Of a DNA stretch of 35,832 nucleotides, positions 25,993 through 35,832 are shown piece by piece. A program made the position numbers and the translations under genes. Source of the stretch: Welwitschia mirabilis (lineage: Eukaryota); assembly GCA_051453625.1 (NCBI GenBank), contig JBOZIK010000001.1, forward strand, positions 26,177,372-26,213,203, read 5' to 3'. Positions within the stretch are counted from its first letter, which is position 1. Every line of letters begins with the position of its first letter. The notes under the pieces were generated by a model that was given only the letters and a program-made list of their open reading frames with translations, ran no database searches and was not told the origin of the DNA.

Positions 25993-26421
25993 ATTGTTAA
26001 CTTGAACTGTAAAGACATACCTTTACTATTTTGGCCATATTTGTTATATACAAAATCAAACTTCTTATTATGACTCCATTTTAAAAAGCTTATGAAGAGC
26101 TTGATAAGGAGTAAAGAAAGTAAAACTTAATTTGATCCAATGTTTTCTTCAAATTCTATCTAAAAATTACTAAAAATTATCCATCTTTACTAGCATATCA
26201 AAAATTTTTAGCCATTTTTACCACTATTTTAATTATAACTTTCTTGTATGAACACTATTTCTAGTTCCCTCTAATTTTATATCTTGATATTTTTATATTT
26301 TTTAATGTTTTTGTACTATGGCTTTTGATCTTAATGAAAGTCAACTATTTCTTATGAAATTTATATTTCATATTTTCTTCTATTTTAGATCTTTAAAAGA
26401 TAATAATTTACTATCTTTGGT

Positions 26422-26433
26422 GCTCTGATACCA
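26422..26433 (-). promoter_or_regulatory. Primer-binding site, tRNA-iMet
   Basis: Plus strand gctctgatacca equals TGGTATCAGAGC on the minus strand, 2 nt from the LTR. Confidence 0.95.
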
Positions 26434-26435
26434 AT

Positions 26436-26855
26436 TGTAATGTTCAAAATTATTGAATTAGGATTTAAATTCACATTTTAATAAGGAATATTAGAAATTA
26501 AAGAATAATAAATTTAATAACATATTAATTGGGGAGAAATAAAGTATCTCTTTATTAGTAGTTTGTCTTCTACACCTTGTTCCAGTTTTGGCTAGGTGAT
26601 CAAAGGTAAAGGCATGAACTATGGCCTTTGCCCCTCTCTTAAGAACCTTGCAAATTATTTAAGGTTATCATTAGTTACACCCTCCTAGTGTATCCACCTC
26701 CACCTAATGCCATGGAATTAAGAACCAAGATAAAGAAACATATGTTATAATCCAAGGGTTATACCATTTTATCATAATAATAATATACTTAATTATGCTT
26801 TAATTACATTTAATAATAATAATCACATAATTAAAAGTTATTATGGAACATTACA
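26436..26855 (-). repeat. 5' LTR (420 bp)
   Basis: Perfect 7-bp inverted ends TGTAATG...CATTACA, and it abuts the PBS. Confidence 0.9.
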
Positions 26856-27399
26856 GTTGACCTCTTATTTTTTGTAGATAATTTTATCTTAATTTTTAAA
26901 ATAATGCAAGGTTTATAACATGTGTTGTATACTTTAAGTAAATCTTATCCTTCTGCAAACATGAAGACTAATATTAGAAAATCTAAGTTATGATTTGTGA
27001 CATACATGGTATTGATTTTTCTTTTCGGTTAAGAAATGAAGAGGTATAAATTATTATTTCTTATTAGTAAGTCAAATTGAAATGCTTTAATAATTATAAA
27101 TGGGATAATTACATCATTCAAATAATCATTGGAGTGTAACCTTAGTTATCTTAAAGAGACAATTCATGTGGACATGTTTTTAGATATCTTTTTCACATTG
27201 TTGTTCAATTAGAAATTTGAATGATTATATTATTTTAGTGCCTTGTATTAACAAATGAACATTGGATAAAAATAGAAAAAGTTCAAAAATAGTTATTGTT
27301 AGGGTAATTCAAGGTAAAACAATATGCTTCTAGAAGTTGAATTAATTACATTGAAGGTAGGAGCCCTTTGTTAATTTGTAGCTTATGTCCATAATATTT

Positions 27400-28450
27400 T
27401 AAATTATATCATTGATGAATTATCAAAAATATTATTCCACATGACTCAAGAAAAAGAGTTATTTGACATCAAAAATGGAACATTCAAGGTAAACATTTCA
27501 TTTTAATCTTAAATAATTTTTAAATAATCATAAAATAAAGATTATTTCAAAGGATTTGGAAAAACACAAACGAGAAAAAAAGTAATTTTATTTAAAAAAT
27601 ATTAAATAAGGTATTTTTATAGAGGTAACTTATTTAAGCATAATCATTCCCCTTCATTTATGGATTTAAATTAGTAAGAAAAGAATAGGATTTCATTATT
27701 TTAGACTTAAAACAATGGGCTTTCCCTCCCCCTTCTAGGAATCATTCCATGTGTCAAAAAACCTGAAAGTAGTGTGGATGGTTTTTATTTTCTTAAGAAA
27801 AGTAAATATGTCAACCTTCTAGCTAGAATATTATTAAATATTACCAAATAACATAGAAAATAAATGGAACATCAAAGCACATAGTTTGGTTAAAGTATTT
27901 TAAGTTTTATACAAAGCTCTAGGTAATATTATATATGACATTTTTTAGATTCATGAATTATACATTTCTTTTGTTTTAGATAGTTTTAGGATCTTATGTA
28001 CATAATAAAAGTTTTACTTTTAGTTGTATAAATATGCCTTACATTTTGATAAATGGGGTTATGTTATGAATTAATGAGGTTTACTGTGAGGATCCTCCTA
28101 AAGGATTAAGAATAGATGTTTTGCATGTTTTTANNNNNNNNNNACATAATAAATGTAATAATTAATCCTTAGAATAGGATATAGAGCATTTAAAACGGGT
28201 TTGAATTAGTATCTAGGTGTCCACACTAGGATAGATCTTGTTGTTTAAGATGCACTTTACTAAAGGACTTGCACTCTAAGTTTTAATGATAACATAGGAA
28301 GGTTGGACATTACACTTCATTTTCATTAAAATTCTTATTGCTAACTACATTTTAGATAGTTAAAATAATGAAAATTATGTCTTGATTAGTTGAAATAAGT
28401 ATATTTTACAATATCTTTCTTATAACACAATGATAAATAAATTAAATATC
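27400..28450 (+). pseudogene. L1 RT remnant
   Basis: E*DFI...KTMGFP (about 27683-27726; cf. VEWDF...MGFP) and YLGV at about 28210 (cf. YLGxP). Confidence 0.45.
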
Positions 28451-28804
28451 TCTTTTCCTTTATACACTACTATATATGAGTGAAACTAATAAGATGTAAC
28501 TTTTTTATAAACATGTTATGGTTAAACATGTTGAAATAATAAAATTTTAAAAGTAGTATGAAAATATGATTATGACATCAAGTCAAAAAAAAAAAGGAAA
28601 AAAAGAGCTTCTTGAGGATTAGTAAAATATCAAGGGCATCAATAAGAAAGGAAATTTTATCATAAAATTTGGACTTTAAGGAGAACCAATAAATAAAAAA
28701 CATAACATTCATAGTTTTGGATGCAATAATAATTAAAATGAAAGGAATCCTAAGAGATCATACTGAAAAGAAAAATTATTAAGAGATGTTGGTTAGATAT
28801 TGTA

Positions 28805-28876
28805 ATAAATATATTCAAGAAGGATTATAAGGAATGACTAATAAATATTTTCAAGAAGGATTATTAGGAATGACTA
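28805..28876 (+). repeat. 36-bp tandem duplication
   Basis: ataaatatattcaagaaggattataaggaatgacta / ataaatattttcaagaaggattattaggaatgacta, 2 mismatches. Confidence 0.9.
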
Positions 28877-29080
28877 ACTTTTAAGTTGATGAGTGAGGTT
28901 CTTCTAATGAAAGAATGAATGAAGGCTATGAATAAGGAATATGAGGTTAATTATACATCTAGATTCTATGTATTTTTATAAACTACTAGGTTCATTATAT
29001 GTGGTTTTATTTTAATCATGATCTTAATGTAGGAAAACATTGATTGAAACTAGGCAAATATGGGGGGAAGATAGATAGAG

Positions 29081-29155
<75 letters not shown>

Positions 29156-29282
29156 NNNNNNNNNNNNNNNNNNNNNNNNNNNNNNNNNNNNNNNNNNNNN
29201 NNNNNNNNNNNNNNNNNNNNNNNNNNNNNNNNNNNNNNNNNNNNNNNNNNNNNNNAGAGAGAGGAGGAGGAGGAGGAGGAGG
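29081..29282 (+). repeat. Compound microsatellite (AC)6(AG)n-gap-(AG)(GGA)n
   Basis: Directly visible, spanning the 100-N gap. Confidence 0.97.
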
Positions 29283-30119
29283 GGTGGAGGGGGAGAGTAA
29301 ATTAAAAATATGAAGTACATAATTTTGCTTCATAATGAAATATACATGTGAATGTTACATATAGCAAAAGAGTGTTGGAGATATTTTTACTTAAATTTTT
29401 ATCTTGTTACTCATATATAATGTTGAAAATAGATACATTCTTAAATATAGTTAATTATTAAATTTTTAAATTTTATGTTTAATTTTAAACTTATCTATTT
29501 TAATATAACTTAAAGAGAGTATCTCAAATTTAATTTTTCTAAGATAAAGTCATCTATTTTTTGTTTTTTATTTTTTAAATTTCAAAGAGAAAGTCGTTGC
29601 TAAATTAAGTTGAAAGTCTCTAATGATAAAATTAACTTCTTATTAACATGTCCTATATACCATTGGCTAGATACACCACTCCATATACCATCTCTTATGA
29701 ATCTTACACATTATCCACAAAGCCAATTTTATAGCCTCCGTTATACTAAACATGCTAGTGAAGAATAGTATCCTAGCCTTAGGAGAGGAGAGTAGCATAC
29801 TATGCCTCAATCATAAGTCATGATCTAAAGTAGTAACCTAGTGTATGCTAGATCGAGTGCTCAACTAATGTGCTCTACCTAAATGGCTTTTTTCACAATT
29901 ATTATATTCTTTTTTTATTTATCTTTAAAGATGCATCATATAACAATACTAAAATATATGTCTTATAAGGAAATTTAAAGAATTAATGTTATTATTACAT
30001 TGGTTAAATTTATATCTAAATTAAAAATAATTTTCTTTCTTTTCTTATAATAATAATAATTGTGTTTTCACTTTTTTACCAAACTTTTTATATGAAATTA
30101 GAGTTTTTTAATAATTATG

Positions 30120-30921
30120 TAAGAAAGTAGACAGGTTTAGACGATTAGATAACTACTTGCCAATGGACAAATAAAAGAAGATACAAAAAAATATTGGAAA
30201 ACCATGTATGGTATGTCCTAATGATTTCAAAACTTTATGAGGATTTAAGCACTAAAGGCAAAGATAATAAAAATAAAAACTTACTTATAGGAATATAGAA
30301 GTTCTTATGTGAAGTTTTAAAACATTCCAAGGTTTTAATATTAATATTTAAATAGATCTATTTTAGAATTCAATTTAGAAAATCACTTTAACTTTCAATA
30401 TGTTTATCCTTATAGAACTAGTTGTCAGGATAATATTTTATCTTTTTATATTGATGAGTTATTATTTATGCGATGAAATGTATCATGGATTAAGGAATTT
30501 TATAATTATTTAGTAACAAATGAGTTTTTTAAATCAAGTTTCATACATTACTATATAAAAATATTAACAATATAAAAGAACAATGTAATAGACCTTACAT
30601 AAATTGAGTATGCCATGGAATTATTCAAGTCTAATGATATGAAAACTTATCATCCAAGAAGAGCTCCTTTTAATCCTAATTATAAGCTAGATATTAAAGA
30701 TAATTTTGTAAATCCTACTTTATATATACAAGGATTGGAGGGGTTGTTATATTTAATAAATATAAGACCTAATATGAAATATCTAATAAATATTTTGGCA
30801 ATCTTAAAAGGGAGAAAAAAATGGAAGAACATATGAGAATTGTAATACATATGTTGAGATATATTACAAATTTATTAGTTTATTAGTTATGTATCATAAC
30901 TCTTATATTAATAAATCATGA
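30120..30921 (+). pseudogene. Ty1/Copia RT remnant
   Basis: FYIDELLF at about 30445 (cf. LYVDDLL). ORF 30615-30836 contains NPTLYIQGLEGLLYLINIRPNM (cf. DPTLYRQxVGSLLYLTxTRPDI). Confidence 0.8.
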
Positions 30922-30940
30922 NNNNNNNNNNNNNNNNNNN

Positions 30941-33900
30941 TAATATTAATATTTTAATGGATGAGTCCCACTGATCTCTCTTATTTATTTTTTACTTGTT
31001 GATAGATTAGCTCATTATTAATGAATTATTTTAAATATTATTTCATTCTTGACCAAAAGTAATATTTCCTTAACATGTGATAATTTTGTACAAATCCTAG
31101 GTATCCTAAATATGGTACTTCATGCATTTCAAACATCAGTTTCCTTCTTAATTTGCCTCAATAAATACATAATCACCTCTTTTTCAGTAGATAATTATCT
31201 TATGAGGTTATAAAGGTATCTATACCTTGGCATTCCTATAATAGATAAACTGTTTCTTTAAAGTATGAATCATTAGGTAAATTTTATTTTAAGTATATGG
31301 TAAGATCAAAAGTTGCTTTGGTGATAAGCATACACCACATCTAGCTTAAGGTAGCTACTACTTTATTTGCTTTTTCTAGTGTACAATAGAAGTTGAAGGA
31401 ATATTATTCTAATAATTCTTTCTGTCTTCTTTATCTCATATTTAACCTTAATTATTTTTAAAAATACTTCAAACTCTTATGATATGTATTTAATAGGAAT
31501 TTTCCCCTAAGTAAGTAATATCACCAAAATTTTAAGGCATGTACCCTGGCTAATATTCTAGGTCATAAGCTGGATAGTTCTTTTAGTGTTGGTTTAATTT
31601 TCTAGACTTGTATGTCATTCCTCTACTTTTTTGCCTTAATACTACACTTTTTTCTTTAATTGAAGAGTTTTTGATAATTATAAATGGTTTTTTCGTATGC
31701 GCAATATTCAAAATGAATGCTGATATAAATAGTAAATTTATTCTCAAAAAGTTTTTTTTTTACATTTTAGAGTAAATTCAAAGGTTATTATAGATTTTTT
31801 TAAGTTCATAAATGGAGTTATCAATTAAAAGAATCCTAAAATGAATCTTTAATAGAATCCTATCAATCCTAAGAAAATTATGACTTTTGTAATATTTTTC
31901 AACTTAGGCCATTATATAACTGCTTGAATTTTTGCAAGATCTATTACAATTTCATGTTCAGAGATAATGCACCTAAGCAATTTACATTTGTTTGGAAGAA
32001 TTTGTACTTTTCTTAGATTAGCCTTAAACTTATGATCTTGTAATATTTGTAAAAATTTACTAAAGTGGTCTACACATGTCTCTCTATTATTTGAATAGAC
32101 GAGAATGTCATCTAAGATACTACCATAAATTTATCAAGGTATGAGTGAAAAACATTACTCATTAGGCTTAAAAAAGTTGCTAGTGCATTGGTAAGTCTGA
32201 ATGGCATTACCACAAATTCATAGTACTTGTATCTTATTCAGAATGCTATTGTATGAACATCTTTTTCTTTACTCCTTATTTGATAGTGTCCTAATCTGAA
32301 GTTAATTTTTGAAAATAATTTTACTTGATTTAGTTGATCTAAAAGATCATTGATTCTTGGTACAGGATATTTATTTTTCATGATGACCTTATTCAATTAT
32401 TGATAAACAATGCATAGTCATAATATGCCATCCTTATTTTTGATAAATAAGATAGGGTTATCCCAAAGAGATACACTTGTGTGAATGTTTTTCTTCTAAT
32501 AAGAGTTATTTTAGTTGTTGTTTTAACTCTCTACATTATCTTACTAAAAATACATATGAAGGTGTTAAGACTAGTCATACTCTAGGAATTAAATCGATGG
32601 CATGTTATACCCTTTATTTGGGTGATAGATTTATTATTTCTTCAAATATTTTACTAAATTATTGTAACCCTTTTGGAATAACATGCTATGAAATTTTACT
32701 TTCTTATTTGATTATTGCTAGAAACAACTATCTTTAACTACTTTTGTAATTTTTTGTTTCAATTGCTAAGAAGATTTTCTCAGTTTTTCCCTTTCCCCTT
32801 AAGCATTTGGTATTACAATAAAGATGAACTATTAGGGTTCTTTAATGAAAATTAATTGTAATATTATAGTTAATTAGAAAAAACATTCCTAAGATGGCTT
32901 CATAGTTACCAATTATAAGGATATAAAATGTGTCTTTAAACTTAAGATTTTAGATTGAGAATATTATCAATCTTCCTATTTTATTTTGTAAGAGGGTATT
33001 TCATCCTACAATATATATGAAAGACTTTAGTTCTTAAAAAGGAATAAAATTTAATTTTTTAAATAAATAAGTGGAGATAAAAGTATGAGACTAAAAAAGA
33101 AGAAATAAAACTTAATAATTCTAAAATAGAAAATTGATTTGTTACTAATCCAATATGGACTATAGAATATACTATTTTTGTATATGGTCCCAAACGTGGT
33201 TGTATTTAAAGTTGATTCTAAGTAGTATAGGCCTAAAGCCTTGCATAGAAAATTCCTAGATTCCTAGATCTATGACCTTTTTTCTTATATTCATGGCAGA
33301 TGATATTACTCTTAAATTTTTTATAACAGGGTTGGTTTCTATTGGTAACAATCTTTATTATTCATCTTATTTGGTTTTTAGATCATCTATTATCTTGTAC
33401 ATTCAAGTAGTATATTTTTTTTTGTAAGATTCCTCAGTGAATTTAGCTTCCAAGATGTGAAGAATGCTTTAGCCCTCAGATTAAAGTATTCTAATCAAAC
33501 TATTAATGAATTGCTTTATTTTTTTTTTTAATACTTCATAAGACATAAGAAATATAACTGATACTCATTGAATGAATGAATTCCTAGAGGTAAGCATTGA
33601 AATATGACCATTTGATCTTTAATAAAATAATTAATAGTAAGCTTCCTTTTTAATTTCTCTATCAAAATCTTTAAGTGATTCTGTCATTACATTTTTATTA
33701 GTATTAAAGCCATCATTCTTATAAATTTATGATGTAAAAGTTAGTAAGATAGATGCATCTTATTCTTGGTGTTGTATTATGAAGTGTGTAGTATTTTTCT
33801 ACTTATTGAGTTATTAACATAACTTCCTCATTAGTTCATGATTTACCTTCATATATTTATAATTAGATCATTTTTTTCAATTTTTTTACTCTCTATTTAT

Positions 33901-34390
33901 TCTATTATTAGGTCATTTATTCAATTAGATAAGAATTCTTGAATATTCACTTCTATGTTTAAATGACTTATTTGTAAACTTTGAAGATTATGCTATTAAT
34001 TGAAAGAGTTTTTTTTGAAAGTGGAAGGTTATTCTAGTGGTGCCCATAGGTCATACTTCTTAAATGATTTAGTTGTTTCAAGCATGATATAAGTAAGTTA
34101 ATGTTATTAAAAAGTTCTTAATTTTATAAGTGAACCTCACTTAATTTATTCTTGATAGTATCTATTTGAGAATTCACTCTTGACTTCATGAATCTTTAAT
34201 GTATTCTATATTTCCCTTTTATCATCCAACTTTTTATGGATTTAGTTATCCTCTAAATAGATTCTTTTTTTTTTTCAAAGTCTATTTTATAACCAACATA
34301 ATAGTGGATTAACATTTAGCAACTATTAGGATTGATTGACAACTTACATAACCATCATAACTATTAAAACTATAAAAAATACAAGCAACT
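30941..34390 (-). pseudogene. Chromovirus gag-pol (gag, protease, RT, RNase H, start of integrase), same family as 21827-26855
   Basis: Protease trace SHTFIS (about 33091) and HAIDLIP (about 32600). [31 protein letters not shown]...[16 protein letters not shown] (32262-32092). RNase H HALKFW*YYLL (about 31540) and EKANKVVATLS (about 31376). Integrase HHCC start EMHEVPYLGYLG (about 31130). Confidence 0.92.
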
Positions 34391-35832
34391 ATGAGATTAG
34401 GCTTATGGTAGATAAATGTAACATCAGACTAGTGGTGCGTTTTTGTGATGTTAAGCTTAAGGAATAGGTAAGCATGTCATCAGGCCTAGGAAATAGGCAA
34501 GTATGATATTAGGCTTAAGAAATGACTTATATGATAATAGTTCTAGGAAAAACAAGTGTGATGTAAGTCCTAGGATAGAGACAAGTGTGATGCTAGTTTC
34601 TGTTAGTTAAGTATGATGTCAGATAGCAACTACAATGTTAAACTTTTATAACTAAGTGTAACATTAGACTTTAGTTGGTCAAGTGTATGGTTAGACCTCT
34701 GCTAGTCAAGTGTGATGTTATACTTCAACTATAACATTAGAATTTTATAACAAAGTATGACATCGGACTTTAATTAGATAAGTACAATGTTAGGCTTCCA
34801 TGGGTTAAGCATGATGTTAAAATCCAACTATGACATCAGACTTATATGATTAACTATGACATTAAACTTTACTTAAGTAAGTATTATATCTAAACTTCAT
34901 GGATTAATTCAAACTCCAATTGCAATGTTGGACTTTTATGATCAAGTATGGTATTCAACTTCAGTTGGCCAAGTGTGATGTCAGGCCTTCATTGATTAAG
35001 TATGACATCAAACTCCAACTACTACATCAAACTTTAGTTAGATAAGTATAACATTAGGTCTCTGTAAGTCAAGTGTAATGTTGAACTTCATCTATGATGT
35101 CAAATGTCTATGATAAAGTATGACATCAGACTTCAGTTGGTTAAGTGTGATGTTCAGCCTTTGAGGGTTAAAAGTGTAATGTCAAGCTCCAACTATGATA
35201 TTATAATTATATGACTAAGTATGATGATGAGGTATGATGTTGGACCTTTATGGGTTAATTATGATGTTAAACTTCTATGACCAAGTATAACATCATACTT
35301 TAGATTAAGTATGACATTGATCCTTCATGGGTGAAGTGTGATGTTGGAATTTAACTATGATATTAGACTTTTATAACCAAGTGTAATGTTGTACTTCATT
35401 TAATCAAGTACAAAGTTAGACCTTTAGGGGGTTATGACAACATAAGGCTCTAGTCAACTAAGTGCAATGTTAAGCTTCCATATGTCAACTAAAACATCAG
35501 GCTTCAATTAGCCAAGTGTAATGTCAGGCTTGAGGGATCAAGTATAATATCAATCTCAAGTTGGATAAAGTATAATATCAAGCTTCCATCAGTTAAATAT
35601 GACATCAATCTTTGATTAGCCAAGTGTGACATTAAGCTTCAATTAGACAAGTGTGACAAAAAATTTTATAAGGTAATTATGACATAAAGGTGAAGCCCTT
35701 TAAATGCTATGGTGAGTTTTCTGAGGCAACTATAACATTAACAGTAAAATCCTTCAAGTACAACATCACATTTTTTAAGTAATTATAAAAATAAAGATGG
35801 AAGCCTTTAAGGATGATGTCAATTTTTTTAGA
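34390..35832. repeat. Second TGACGTCA leader array with 99-bp higher-order repeat, truncated by the window edge
   Basis: Motif starts at 34612, 34631, 34657, 34684 | 34711, 34730, 34756, 34783 | 34810, 34829, 34855, 34882, giving steps of 19, 26, 27, 27. Confidence 0.92.

Larger units (their letters stand above)
21827..26855 (-). mobile_element. Ty3/Gypsy chromovirus with both LTRs, internally deleted (no RT/RNase H)
   Basis: Paired LTRs and an exact PBS are present. The gag/protease region is alignable to 32790-34390. Integrase C-terminus SFKAMYGRKQLTLLNW (22993-22946) and HVILLKSY (22687-22664). Chromodomain trace KYLLKWTHWE (22532-22503). Confidence 0.9.

Noticed and set aside
29640..29900. 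Slightly GC-richer segment as a SINE or ncRNA
   Set aside because: A/B-box matches are too weak, and there is no tail or target-site duplication.
166..32737. Short hydrophobic F/L/I-rich ORFs as small membrane proteins
   Set aside because: This composition is expected from AT-rich DNA. Most overlap transposon remnants in antisense or off-frame, with no supporting gene structure.
1..35832. Species assignment, and endogenous pararetrovirus sequence
   Set aside because: Transposon types suggest a land plant but cannot fix a taxon. All RT motifs seen fit Copia, Gypsy or LINE, and no movement or coat protein motifs were recognised.

Overview
This is very AT-rich, gapped eukaryotic DNA, most likely from a plant scaffold. 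I find no intact protein-coding gene. The window is almost entirely nested, heavily C->T/G->A-decayed retrotransposon remnants, and nearly all ORF-track entries are spurious or pieces of these. From left to right: (1) a minus-strand Sirevirus-like Copia element (5' LTR 3390-4707, tRNA-Met PBS, gag) followed directly by an array of 36-bp hairpins instead of pol; (2) L1-type LINE fragments and a TRIM-like LTR/PBS/PPT candidate; (3) a plus-strand Copia gag-pol ruin; (4) more L1 debris (RNase H, ORF1) and a tRNA-derived retrocopy; (5) a near full-length minus-strand non-L1 LINE ORF2; (6) a two-LTR chromovirus (21827-26855) that has lost RT/RNase H; (7) an AG microsatellite and a Copia RT fragment; (8) a second, pol-containing copy of the same chromovirus family running off the right edge. 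The most unusual signal is a 1.4-kb, zoned array of about 50 decayed TGACGTCA palindromes with a 99-bp higher-order repeat in the leader of both chromovirus copies. A 19-bp-period AGACGTCT array in the unrelated Copia LTR parallels it. All translations and alignments were done by eye, so boundaries without terminal motifs are approximate.
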